The notes under the pieces: model-generated
Seen by the model: only the letters and a program-made list of their open reading frames with translations
Database searches by the model: none
Told to the model about the DNA's origin: nothing
Shown: one piece after another, positions 28,201 through 42,494 of the stretch
Layout: each line of letters begins with the position of its first letter
How positions within the stretch are numbered: position 1 is the stretch's first letter
Program-made: the position numbers and the translations under genes
NCBI RefSeq assembly: GCF_910592395.1
Contig: NC_088308.1
Location: 372,001-436,000, forward strand
Direction: 5' to 3'
Length of the DNA: 64,000 nucleotides
DNA from: Lineus longissimus
Taxonomy: Eukaryota

Positions 28201-29207
28201 AAGGAACGTACAGGCAGCCCAATCGCGTCGGTAAACCACCATTATCGTTCTCAATCGAAAAAAGGTAAAAACAATCTTGATACGACTTCATAATGTTTAT
28301 CAATTACCTAAATGAAAGTTGTAAAGGAAAATTAACAATAGGGAGAGAAATGGGCCATTCATAATATAACGCATCAGCCATCAAACGCTTAAGCATCATC
28401 TATGGGGTACAGTGAGAAGTGGAGATGAAAATAACAAATGATTAAGACTGTTTTGTGATTCTCAAACTGTTTACTCCAATGTACTCAGCCTGACACAAGC
28501 CCTACGGTCCTTCGGCAACTTGTGGACACAATTATTACCGCCTGGGGTGAGATCGATCACCATAGACATACGCTTCATATCCCCATGCCGGAGGTAAACA
28601 TGACGATGACAGATATCATGGCCACATTCTGGTCTCAGTCGGAAGCATTACAAAACAAAACCCTGATTATATCATCTCTCTTCGTTAAGTCCAAATTAAA
28701 GCAACGTCAGGCATGCTTGTCCAAAGAGTGAGCCAAACTAAATAAGATTTTACCAACAGTGATATGCAACGCTAGGTTGCTTCAGCTGTAGCGTAACTTG
28801 AGCGAAATCAGACCATGGTTATTACCATAATGGAGGTGACGTGACAGCTTGAAGCACTGTAAGCCCAGTCAACATGGCCCGATGCCAATGTGTCCCGATG
28901 AAGCGGACACCTTACAACGCATAGTCTGTCAGGTGAATCACCAGCACATTGGAAACATACCAGCGAACTCAGATGACCTGCTCAAGGATGGATTGTTTCG
29001 ACGAGGAAGAATTGATTTTTTCGAAACCACAGACAGTAAGCTGCATTAATCATGTTGGTCTTTCCAGTGAACATACATTATTGGATAAGGTAGAATACAC
29101 ACACGTTCATCACTATTTTCGTCAAAAGCTCATTTGCTCTGCCAAGTAACGGGAAATTATATCATGTATTTAATTCTGAAAGTGGAATAACCCGTAAACT
29201 CCACATT

Positions 29208-29384
29208 CACACTTGTATACTACCAATTAAGAGCAACCCCAAATCTCCACAGTCACACTTGTATACTACCAATTAAGAGCAACCCCAAATCTCCACAGTC
29301 ACACTTGTATACTACCAATTAAGAGCAACCCCAAATCTCCACAGTCACACTTGTATACTACCAATTAAGAGCAACCCCAAATCT
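29208..29384. repeat. 46 bp minisatellite, about 3.9 identical units
   Basis: CACACTTGTATACTACCAATTAAGAGCAACCCCAAATCTCCACAGT starting at 29208, 29254, 29300 and 29346. Confidence 0.95.
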
Positions 29385-31839
29385 ACTAGGAACTCTCTTC
29401 TTATTCTGGGAAAGTTACCACCCGTCGTTAAGAATATATTGAACGTTGAACAAATGAAAACGTCCTTGTCGTCGCTAATTAGTAGGTTATTATTGAAAAT
29501 GGCATTAAGTCATAAAATTTGTTAAACCTAAAATACATTTAATGAGCCATAAAGGCTAATCAAATTGTGCCAAACTGCGTAATGGCATCGGGGCGTCTCG
29601 CCTACTCATAGCAACGACGATAATTGCTTTTTCATTTTTATTTCTCCAATTAGTTTTAATACGGTAGATTTTGTATCAAGTTGAAATTAAAAAGTGTGAC
29701 ATGGCTATTTGAGAGATACATTTACACGGTGGAAAAACACCCTATATAAATATGTATGCGAAGTCATTTAGTCAGCGAAGGTGAATCCAGCATCCTTGAA
29801 TTCTCCAGAATTGATTTCAATGGTAGAATGCGTTAATCAACGAAGTCATCATTTGTCGTTCATCAACTTGAGCTCCTAGCTTCTTATATCAAGAATGCCT
29901 AAATAGGAGTAAGGAACGTTATCCTTGTCATCGGGGATATCTAAAACAATAAAAGCCGTTTAAAGTTGTTTAAACAATTCTAATTTTTATCGACTATCCC
30001 TGGGTGACATGATAACACTGTCGGGTGTTAAAAACACCTGGCAGTTTTATGTCCTATGAAAATCCACGCGAGGACGATTCATAGAAACAGACAGTCGTCC
30101 AAGTATGGATTATCAACTGCTCGTGTTATAGCGCTGGTATCTTTGAAAGGAAGTTCTGTAGCACTTCGTCACAGTCTGTTTTGACTGACTACATACATGG
30201 AAGCCCTTTTAAGTACTCAGGCTGACTTTACATAAACCTCTCAGGGAGCTGTGAGAAATGCATTAGGAGTGCAACATGTCACGTTTTGAGTCTCGTGTGG
30301 TATGGCTACTAAACGAGACACAGACTGTTCCGGTCATCTACATCCGTCCTTAACAGCCATGTACTGAACTTAGACAAGTACATTGCACATGTTGCACGAT
30401 CATGGTTAAAACCCTGCTGCAATCAATCTTCTTATACAGGTTACCCTGTCGACCTCCAAGGGGATGGAATATTACAGAGAATGTCTTTCATTATACCTGC
30501 CTATCCTCTGGTGCATGCAACTCTAAAAGCAAAAGAATACCACATCGACTCTTAGTCTTTGGCCCCCACATCGACCTGCGGTCTCGCTTATTTCCTGGTC
30601 AAGGACCGATCATGCATTTTGCTTACTCGAAAATCGCACTCGGTTGGTGTTGCTTATTAATCAATCATATCACTTTGACCTACCATATAAGCTTGCTCAC
30701 CCAAGAAACACGGCCATCACATGCCTCAGCCGTTGAAGTCACTATCACTGTGATAGTTATCATTGAGCAAGGCGATTTGCCTTGAGAACAATCAAAGTAA
30801 GAGATTAGCCTAGGCTTGATCGATTGGCTGCTGACCTTCAGGCGTCAGTCACTGTACTCCTCTAATCCTCTCACAAGGTCACACTGCCTCGGAAGCCAAT
30901 GTTTCCAAAAGTCAAGCATGCGAGCCCTCATTCAGCTTGGATAGTGCAGGGTGTAAAAGAAGATATAATGAGTAGACCATTCAACTATCCTGAACAAAAA
31001 GAGGTATGCCTGCTGTCAGTGTTAGCTGGAGAGACCAAGAATTTCCAAAGAAAGGGAAACAGAGTGTAAAAACAGTGAAAACGTTTCAATCTTTCAGCGC
31101 TCCCAAACAATGCCAGAGAAACCACTCAAAACGTTGCACCGGTTGTTACCATTTCTATCACATTGGAAAAAGCAACAAAAAGTGTACTTGTTTTCCTCAG
31201 TATTAATATCTTTATGGCTTCATTCGCAGTGAACAGTCCGGTAATGCCGATACATCCATTATTCCAGAGTGTCTCAAACACGAGTTTGCTCTCAGTCAGA
31301 ATTGCAACATAGCGAAATCTTCACTATCTATCGAGTTGATACTCACCATTCAACAGAAGACAAAGGAAACCATGTAAATGTTTATCCAGTCAGACGTTTG
31401 ATTGATTGCATATGCGGGGATTTGAAATAACATGAAGAACGATGGATAATCGTGCTGTGGTGATTTTCGAATGAGGTATGTTTTATAGTACATGTATGAC
31501 CATTTTTATTGGTAGGTGCAACAGAAATTAGAGCCAGATAGCGTGCAGCAAAATCAGCAGCAAAAAGCACATCGTCTACCGCCTTCCTAGACAAATCTCC
31601 TGTGCATTTCCACTAAAAGTAAGCCTGATATTTTGTCCCATTCACTTCAATAGAGCGGCTGACGAACTTCCAATAACAAACATATAATACAGCGTCCTAA
31701 AGCACCGACCATATCCTTTCATACCACAAACAATACCCCCATTGAGAAACAAACCTTCTCTGACAGTGGCAGAATGATTTACACCTAAATAAGGAAGTGC
31801 AGTTGATAGTTTGCGGTCATTCGTCTGGCTTTACAACAC

Positions 31840-32090
31840 GAAGGATGAATGAAAGAGATACGTGCTTATTAATCACGCTCCCTGTAGACGCTGGAAGCAA
31901 CTCTTGATCTGACGTGAATAATGGCAAAACAGACCTTCAAAGACAGAGGCCACTTGTGCGGCTTCTGATGCGAAGGAACATGAATGAAGGATACGTGCAT
32001 GTTAATCACGACTGTACGCACGCTGCAGACGGTGTCTCAAAGCTAAAAGCGACTCCTGACCTGATGTAAACAATGAGGCAGGATACCTTT
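31840..32090. repeat. Old diverged tandem duplication with about 130 bp period
   Basis: ATGAATGAA..GATACGTGC..TTAATCACG...AAGC(A/G)ACTC(T/C)TGA(T/C)CTGA(C/T)GT occurs twice, with indels. Confidence 0.7.
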
Positions 32091-35000
32091 CGCGGACACA
32101 AACGACTTCAAAGTATCATGCATGCTGGTTATGGAAAAACATGTGTGACTCGGTAGAGAAAGGAGACAAGGACATATTTAGGAATATTAGCACAAAGTCG
32201 TGGTAGTGATCCCTACCAATACTGCTTGTAGCTATACTGATTTGCGGTCACTGCATTAAACTCATGTTTTAAGTTTGCACTGGTAATAGACAAAATTCTA
32301 GGAAAGGGCACATTCAATCGTGATTATACTGGATTATCCGTGTTAAGTCGGAAATACCCACGATTCCTTTGTGGTCTTCTTAATAGGAAACCATCTGAAA
32401 ACTCGCAGTTAATTGACGGATCCCCAAACTATCCGTTTTATGAGCAAAACATGTTGCATGTAGACTTTGACCCCTGAGGGATATTCATGGGACCGAACCT
32501 ACTGAAGAAAATGTAACCGTAGTGCCATTGAAAATTACCATTCTGTCCGCTACCATTAGGTAATTGCGTGGATTCTCACGTATTATGGCTTTAGCTCCTT
32601 CAGGCTAGTCTCATAAGTTGGTAATTATAGTGATGAGCTGCTTGATTAGTATATTGCATGACTATGCACATGATGATGGGAGGTGAAATTGTCAAATTGT
32701 CAATTTGCATTGTTTTAGTATTACAGTGTATTTAGTAAAACAGTGTATGTAACGAAAGTATCTTTGAGACTTCGTGCGTCTACACGGTCTATCTTTGTCT
32801 CAGAACAGTACACATGTAAGTCCTACCAATAAATCTGGTGAACTGCTGCGCTGCCGTTGGAAAGAACTACGTTATATTTGATGCATACTGACAAAATGAT
32901 CTACTTGGACAGTATCGGGGTTAAATCCAACCCCTTTCATCCACTTTAAGTTATATATGGTAAAAGGGGCTTAATACTGGTAAGTTATTTAAAGCAGGCT
33001 TTCTCATGTTGAAGGTCTTTTTGATCCAGTTCCCAGACCCAGTTCGTTAACCGCTGTGTCCCAATTCACCACTTTACATTGTTATGAAAATTTGCCCTTT
33101 CGTTCGAACTCCCATCACCGCCATATCTTGAAATCCACGCCGCGCAGAAATTCAAGACAGCTCGACACCGGTCGCCAATTAGACGCATTAAGTTGAGATC
33201 ATTCATAATATTTCATTCGGTAGAAGAGAAATAGGATCGTTGGTACTCTGGGTGTCTTAATAAAGGCAATTCAATCGGGTTTTCATCAGGCGAGTGGTGT
33301 GACACTTCCTGTTTCAAGCCATAGTAGGCATACCGGTGGCGAAGGGATATTGCCAGGAAGAATATAGTGATAAGAGATTTCACGTTCAACCTGTGTAACG
33401 TTTTTGAGTGTTTCCGTACCTGATTTTCCAATTTTTGGTTGAAAGTACGGAAACAACCAAAAACTAAATTCAGAATCAGAATCTAACCAGACTAACTTAC
33501 TGTGCTTTTATAGCCATCTCACCTGAAGACCACCAATTGAACCCATAGCCCCTGTATATAGACTACCTTTAAGTTGACGACCACTTTTACTTTCATAGAT
33601 GAAGATTGAATGAATGACAGTAATGGCACATTACTGACAAAGAAATTGATGATAATTCAAGTTTTCGTTTTCAATATTGACTTTTGAGCTCCATAGTCTA
33701 GTACTCTGTCTAATCGTATGTTCATGTTTTGTAGATTGAACGAAAAAGACTTGTGGTTGAAGTGGATAGATGTCTGTGTTATAATGTAAGTGATTGGCAG
33801 TAGTTGAAATTGAAAGCCGCGAGGAGACAGTGTGGTCAAGTGTAAGACGCATTATCTGACCACTATGGCTGAATAACGACACGCACACATCGCCTGTTCT
33901 CTTTGACAAGTCTCCTTACTTCGATTTCCACCTTGTCCTCCTTGTCCTCCTTGCATGTTGATAATGAAGTTACAAATTGTTTCTTTTAGCTGACTAAGCG
34001 CAACCCTACTGATGACGTTCAATTTGCCTGATCCTTGCATTTACCACACGCTTTAGAAAGCCAAATGTGTCGCCAATACCAAAGCAATGTCATGAGTACA
34101 CATAAGACATCAAGGTTTTATCAAGAAACGCAGCAGTCTTAATCATAAGTATACGGAAAACAAATATTTCTAGTGTGATTAATGGAGGATTAGTGGTCCA
34201 TTGTGAGGTTTAGAGTGATATATCGGTACCTTGAGCGATGATTAAGTAAGGGAAATGTAAGATGGATTAGTACTTGGTTACACGCCCTCAAGACCTTCAT
34301 GTGCCTGTAGAAGCATCCTGACAAGAAAAAAAGAACAGAACTATTGTCGTCCAATGTGGTTTCCTCCCGATGGGTGCCGGTTGATGTGACGCCATGAGGG
34401 TAAAGAATACATGCTTAACTACACCAGACCACACAGCCTCTCGGTAGAGTCGCTGATATTTCACCTGTTTTGAACAGGGCTTGCGGTGAGGGGGCCGTCG
34501 ATATACTATCTGTTCGACCTGAGGTTACTAAATGAAAAGAACATGCGAGACAAAATAACTTTAACACTATGCTAAAAAGCGCCCGTAGACGTTCTAATTT
34601 TCGGATAACGCTTTTCATATTGTTTTGTTTGAAGTTTATTTTGAACTTGATGACGTTGAAAAACTTCTTGACATTAGACGATTAGTGCAGAGTTCTCGCG
34701 ATAAACGTGTGCTTGCTTGCAAATAATCTCTTGGTGATTATTGAGCCTGGCCGGTGGTTCAATAGATCTGGATAAGAGTTTTCATTCTTAGAAACTTGGC
34801 ACATTTCGCATGGCCGATGTAAAACCTTTTGAGATAGAAGTCTGTCAGTAAATGTTTATCATTATCACGTTTCCTCCCCTGTATTTCCACAACCACAGAT
34901 GTAGTATGAAAATGCCATCACGCCAGCTCCAAGACAATAAATCAACTAATGTTGATCGGAAAGATATTGCTTTGCAAAACATAATGGAACGTGGAGGAAG

Positions 35001-38000
35001 CGTTATTACTCGTCGTTATGAACTCTAAACACGTAACCATTGTATCCACTGCACTTATTTGTGGCAAATGTTAAAACCCATGTTCGTTTGTTCGCTCAAA
35101 TTTAGAAATCTAAATTGCGTTCGAGATTATTTTCAAATATTTACCAACGTACTGAATATATTATTTCATCAGTGATGTTGTGATCACCGATATAAAAAGT
35201 ATTATACGTGATGAGTACCGTTTAATCAACAAAACTAAGTTCATTAACCACGGCATGACTTCTGCGAAGATGTTGTATACAGCAGTTATGACACACCTTA
35301 AACGCACCATATAGGATTTTGGCAAAATTGAGGTGATTTACCCACGCCACGAATACGACCATTCCGATCCGAAGCTAAGCTACAGACAACCCTTAATGAA
35401 AAATCGATGTCAGTTCATTCTGTTCAGATTCATCGCATTGTAACAGTGTAATCAATTTCCTTTTTTGTCTACTAGATGTTCAGCGGACATGTCGTCCTCG
35501 ATCAGCGAGTCACTTGTAATTACGTGCGCAATGGTAAATCGGTGCACTTATCAGAGATACAGAATTCGCAATTGAATTGTGCTTGTTATCAGACTGTGGA
35601 ACTCTAGTTTATACCTAAATCGTGCCTATGCTTTCTTTAACGTCATTCGAAAGGGCACATTCTTTGTCTTAAAGAAGTAAAATGTAGCTGTGGCATCTCT
35701 GTACAACAAAGGAAGTCTCAGGTTAGCTTGGAGATCACGAGAAATATAAATTTAGGAGGCTTGAGAAGGAAAACGTCTTATTGTACATTGAGAACTCAGA
35801 TTCAGTTTTAAATTAAACACGTGATACCATTTATGGATTTGATATCAAAGGAGAAGTATAGTGCAATGTTTACTTTGCATACCAGTACAATATTGATGGA
35901 TCTTTTTATGTTTGTCAATCATCATCCTGTATTTCATGTACAAGATTGGCATGTCAGGAACGCAATACATTTATCCTACTCTTAGTGTCCTTTAAAACTA
36001 TCTGTAAAGCAGCGGACGAGCAGCCACTTTTACTGATGCTGACCGACATCAATCACATGGTAGCTGTGCCTATCTTCGGCAAATAACTCACGTTCACTGT
36101 CAAAAATGATAATAACTGCGCTAATTAAGGCAGCACCAGCTTGCATGATGTTCGTTAAGGACACGTTTTTACTCCATGATGTTAACGTTATGTTACGGCG
36201 ACAACACATCACCGCTTGATAAGAACTGAGAATACGCCATACCACTCATCAGGCTTCTTTTATTGTTGCTTGGTATCTTCAAATCGCTGGCTCGATTTTC
36301 AGCAATATGTGATGCAGAACAGCACATAGATGTACACGGCCCTGTACAGAAGATTACCTCCTGTCTGTCCACAGGCGGTATGATCAAGGCATTAAACCTC
36401 GGCTGTATAAACGACCTTCTCCGAACACAAATTAGGACACGCGAAGGATGCCGAATGACAATTCATCCTGGCAACCAACATGGCGGCCAGTGCGACATAA
36501 TCGCCACTAGCATCAGAACTTTATCTTTTACGATAAACGATGATCACTTTCAACAACATCTTCGAAAGCACATCCTTCTGGCTGTAGCATAACTAATTGA
36601 AGCAAACAGTTTATCGGGATTCTTTGGACACGCCATGAAATTAAACAGAAACGAATCTAAGATAAAAGAGATTAAAATAATTGCCTCCAGTAACAATTCC
36701 AGGTATTTCAGAACCTGAAATTGATAATAAAGGTGTTGGCATGCAGATAAAGTCTACATGTATTCGTTTATCCTGATGCTTAGGACAGCCGCCTTTTTGC
36801 CTGTATGTTTGTCGTAGTGGATGAGTACATGTACTATATATCATTTGCTTCGAGGTAAGATACTAAGTGCAAGAGTACTGTCTTGTCACTGAGAGAGTTC
36901 CACTGGTCTTAAGTAGCTGAACGTCCATAACTCACTTTCTTGAGTCGTTTGCAGACTGATCTAATGGTGACTGGTCTTGACACGAGTGTATCGAAGTGCA
37001 TTTGGGTGATGTACGGTAATGTGAATCGTGAGTTTTTTTATCGTCCTGAGCTGATCACATAATCGTGGCCAAAATGGAAACTTCTTGGTCTCCAAGCCAA
37101 TTACTCTGGAGTCACACAGCTTCTCGTTTTAAGTGTTATTTCGCAATCGCCTACAGATGCTGACAGATTGCTATACAGATGTAAGTCGTTACAATCATGA
37201 ATATGAGAAAAGAACCGCTTTCAAATACCTATAGTTGTACTTGATTAGATTCTCAGAGAACGTCTCAGACGAATTACGAAGTGACTGTCCTTATTTGGTC
37301 CGTACTGAGGGACATCCACAAGATGTCCCACCTCGTATTACCTGAGCTCGACTGGGACACTAACCTTTGCCCAGTGCAAACTTATTTGGTTATGGCTTTC
37401 AAAGATCCCTGGTGGTTTTGCAAGATTGTGTCGAAGCTATCCCTTCAAGCTAGACACTTTTATGATGTAAATACGATAAATTCTCGCGGGCATCCCAGCA
37501 GCATTATCGTTCGACCACTGATACTCCCAGACGGGCAGAAGCTGTCACCTGTCAAGCTTTTAATACTGGACACTTGACAATATTAGTCCACATAGACTCG
37601 CATTATATCGACCTTGCTTATGGCATTTATATACGGGATGTCATGAATATCACCACGACCATTCACACATTAATTTGTTGTTTATAGTTATAGATCAGCA
37701 CAAGTCCATATGGGTTTGTGGTGTCTCGGTTTCGTTTGGCCTTGAGGGTAACGATATTAGCTATAACCACTGGCTTCAAAGTGATGCCTAGCGTCTAAAC
37801 ATATAAACTGGAGAATGATAATGTTGTTTGCACCAATAATAGGCATGCGTGAGCTATCATTGAGTATGCGGCTTTAGCAGTAACCCTGGCAAGAGGAGTC
37901 ACATGCCAAAAGGTTAGCAACAGAACCGCGACGGACACTTCATGAGTGTCGCCATCAGTGATCCGTCCTGGGTTAAAACAACCGCAGGGTTTGGGTGTTA

Positions 38001-41000
38001 CTGGGTACTGGGTGGATAAAACTCTCATTAGCAAGCTAGACAGGAACTACCCTGACGTCCGACCTAAAACACGATATACCCATTACCACATAGACATGTT
38101 TTATTTCACAAAACAACACGCTCCTAACCGAAAATGGTCACCCGAGCACCACTGGTGCTTGTATTATATGCACCACATCGAGTCTCTCATGCACCCCGGG
38201 ACAAAATTGGTAAACCAAGATTGATTTATTCGCAAGACCAACACAGGTTAAGCTATGAAGGATTCCCCGAGGTGTTCCATTATTTAATGTGCAAATCAGC
38301 CATTTGGCCTTTTTATCGAAGCTTGATTAACATTAGTACGGTTTACAACAATTTCATCTTACAAATCACTCTCTCGGACATTTTTTTCAAAGGATGTCTT
38401 AAAATAAGTGAATTGGTTTCCTTAAAAAATCAGCACTTCCTTTAAACTTGTTTGCTTGACGTCACTATTGTTCGAGTGCCAACGATTCACTCACGTGTAT
38501 TAGTATTGCAGCAGCCATGCAGCAGCACTGTGGTTTTACCGATTTCCGTAATTGCTTATTTCGTCACTGTCTTCCTTCAAACATGAAATAAACAGTACAA
38601 AGAAGTGGAACGAGACACTTCCAATTTCGCAAAGTCTCGTTGAAAAACTTGTCCGTGTATTCGTTAGTTTGGCGCAAATGTTGTTCGTGAAAAAGTTTGG
38701 TTGAAACCAATTTCCGTAGTGCTTCGCAGTGTTGCTACTATGTGCTGAACACAAAATGTACACAAATACATGAACCCTGGGAAGAGGTGAAACGAAACAC
38801 ATCCAATTTCTCAAAATGTCACCGGAGTCCATGTGCACTTTACCTTTTTGCAGGATGAAATTACGTAGACGTTTTTTCTCTTTGACCTGTATTTTCACAT
38901 ATTTGATAAAAAACCATCACAGGCAAAAAGTGCAGACGGTTGATGATTATTGAACAGAACTACTATACCAATATTGGTTTTCTGAAGAAAAGAATCACTG
39001 ACTTCTCTTATTGCATTTTTTATTTTATGGGTTCACCGTGCAGTCATCAACCAAGATGACTGATATTGCCTGCTCCGCTTCTCCAAAGAGGGGGGTTTGT
39101 GATGGCCTGCCATGGAGCGCGAGATTGAACCACACTGTCTCGAAATGAAGTAACTATGGCAGAGACACCAGATTGCCCGTGACAGGAAACACAGTCCACA
39201 GACATCTATGAGCAAAAGAAACATGCATTTTATATTGCGTCAATATCTACATACCAACACTGGTTTCATTAGGCCAGGCACTGATAGTGACAGTCCCCAC
39301 GGAACAAGGTAGACAGTTCTACAATAAACCTTGTTATAAGACAGTGTTTCTCAAACGGTCAAGACATTCAAACTTTTATGCATGTTGAAGTGATACTGCG
39401 AAACCGAACATTACCATAACGATGGCGAATATAACTTTATAAGATGGACATTTATCAGAAAATTTATTTTGCTTTTAATGTTCCGTTCTAATCCCATCCT
39501 CTTGCAAACAGTGCCTACAACATTACTCCCACACACGCAGAGTTTCCGATGAGGGCGTGAGTATGTATCGAGTGAAATGGCCTGATATTGTCAGGTTGTT
39601 CTAACCGACGTGTTTGAGCACAATAAAGCTACGGCTTGGTAAATATCCCCCAAAAAGATAAGAAAGGCCGTGATGATGATAATGGTGATGAAGAAAGGAA
39701 CGGTTCTGGTTTGAACTAGCAACATACCGAAACCGTGCCGGTCATGATATTCATCTTATCTCGAGCGACTTTCAGAATAAAACACTGGAATATAACGTTA
39801 GAGCAGGCAGCGAAACAGGATCTCCTTTTGTTTTCTGTGCTCCAGGATAGCTACGTATATGCTTGACCCTGCTTCGTCGTTCAGATTAGCTCTCTTCAAT
39901 ACCGACATCGATGACCACTGACACCATCACCGTATCTGCCTAGCCTCATCTCTAATTGTCTCCGTCGTGCAAACATCTCCAATCTGGTGCAAATGACCAC
40001 CTCGTACACTAATATCTAAGTAACCATCTTGACATGTTCCCAGAGGGTGTTGTCGTGATTGTAGTGTACAGTTCTGGTCAGTGATGGGGCCTGAATAACC
40101 GCCTCGGACACGCCATTATTAGTGTTGACAGGTTCCATAGGCTAGTCTCTGTCATGTATGTCTGGCTAGTTATCTGGCTTCGTCCGCGGTGACAAAAGGT
40201 GACTGTGACAGAAGCGAGGGGAGGCATGCCCAGCGGAAAGGGAAGAGTACATGTGATAAGGTTAGCGGGTGATGCAGAAACCTTCCTTTGATAAACTTAC
40301 ATGTTGTCAGTATCCGGGAAAGGAGATCGATTGGCCGTATAATGGGAAAAACATCGTGGAATGACACATATGAGGGGTGTTGAAGGTTGTGATGTGACAT
40401 GTCATGGAAAGATATCATGTTTCATTTCAGTAAAATGAAAAACTGCCTAACGTATTAATAACATGAAAGGATGACTGATCCCTCTTTTTCTGGAACTCTG
40501 CTTATTAACATAATTTCTTTGATGTCACGATAAAGAACAGGGATATTGCCATATTAGGACACAATGCTAATTGACCCACATCATCATGAATTAACAAAGA
40601 CTTATGAAAGCGAAATAAAAGGTACCAGACCAGGCTACACTTATAAGGGTAAGATAGGAAAATGTAGAGGAATACGAGCCAAGTAACCTTACACAAAACA
40701 AGTGAAAACAATGGTAACTATAGAGTTATTTTGCTAATGGACTAATCAGCCAGAGGGCTTGTACTAATGGATAACCGAGCTCACATGCCGCTGTGAGAAT
40801 GATGTGTGTCCATTGAAAGACGTTTATTGATTTCCTGGTCAAGGTATGAGGGGAAATGCGATAAGAAGGGGAAAAGACAACTGCACACGAAAAAACACTA
40901 CTTCATTTGTACATTTTCCCCACATGCTCCGTGCAGTAATAGTGCCATTGGGCAGTCCATTTAATTAATCAAGAACCCAATAAGGACTGTTACAGAAAGA

Positions 41001-41091
41001 CACAGCCGATATTTATGTTACAAAAGTAGAATCTGATCTCATGATATTATCATAGATATTAAAGACATATTTACCGTAAACTGTCCATGTC

Positions 41092-42494
41092 AAAGGTATT
41101 GGCCAAGATCAAGCGTGAGTAAGCGAGATAGGAGCGATTTGGGAGTGGATCACGATGCCTGGTAGGTTTCGGTAAGTAGAAACTCCAGGTACACCCACGT
41201 TTATAGTATCAATTTAAGTCATGTAAGGGGGAAAGGTATTGGCCAAGATCAAGCGTGAGTAAGCGAGATAGGAGCGGTATGGGAGTGGATCACGATGCCT
41301 AGTAGGTTTCGGTAAGTAGAAACTCCAGGTACACCCACGTTTATAGTATCAATTTAAGTCATGTAAGAGGGAAAGGTATTGGCCAAGATCAAGCGTGAGT
41401 AAGCGAGATAGGAGCGGTATGGGAGTGGATCACGATGCCTGGTAGGTTTCGGTAAGTAGAAACTCCAGGTACACTTACGTTTATAGTATCAATTTAAGTC
41501 ATGTAAGAGGGAAAGGTATTGGCCAAGATCAAGCGTGAGTAAGCGAGATAGGAGCGGTATGGGAGTGGATCACGATGCCTGGTAGGTTTCGGTAAGTAGA
41601 AACTCCAGGTACACTCACGTTTATAGTATCAATTTAAGTCATGTAAGAGGGAAAGGTATTGGCCAAGATCAAGCGTGAGTAAGCGAGATAGGAGCGGTAT
41701 GGGAGTGGATCACGATGCCTGGTAGGTTTCGGTAAGTAGAAACTCCAGGTACACTCACGTTTATAGTATCAATTTAAGTCATGTAAGGGGGAAAGGTATT
41801 GGCCAAGATCAAGCGTGAGTAAGCGAGATAGGAGCGGTATGGGAGTGGATCACGATGCCTGGTAGGTTTCGGTAAGTAGAAACTCCAGGTACACTTACGT
41901 TTATAGTATCAATTTAAGTCATGTAAGGGGGAAAGATATTGGCCAAGATCAAGCGTGAGTAAGCGAGATAGGAGCGGTATGGGAGTGGATCACGATGCCT
42001 GGTAGGTTTCGGTAAGTAGAAACTCCAGGTACACTCACGTTTATAGTATCAATTTAAGTCATGTAAGAGGGAAAGGTATTGGCCAGGATCAAGCGTCAGT
42101 AAGCGAGATAGGAGCGGTATGGGAGTGGATCACGATGCCTGGTAGGTTTCGGTAAGTAGAAACTCCAGGTACACACACGTTTATAGTATCAATTTAAGTC
42201 ATGTAAGGGGGAAAGGTATTGGCCAAGATCAAGCGTGAGTAAGCGAGATAGGAGCGATATGGGAGTGGATCACGATGCCTGGTAGGTTTCGGTAAGTAGA
42301 AACTCCAGGTACACACACGTTTATAGTATCAATTTAAGTCATGTAAGGGGGAAAGGTATTGGCCAAGATCAAGCGTGAGTAAGCGAGATAGGAGCGGTAT
42401 GGGAGTGGATCACGATGCCTGGTAGGTTTCGGTAAGTAGAAACTCCAGGTACACCCACGTTTATAGTATCAATTCAAGTCATGTAAGGGGGAAA
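41092..42494. repeat. Tandem satellite, 10 x 140 bp, nearly identical units
   Basis: Units start AAAG(G/A)TATTGGCCA(A/G)GATC every 140 bp from 41092 to 42352; no indels, few substitutions. Confidence 0.98.

Noticed and set aside
41092..42494. CRISPR array
   Set aside because: Whole 140 bp units repeat with no unique spacers; eukaryotic intron; no cas genes.
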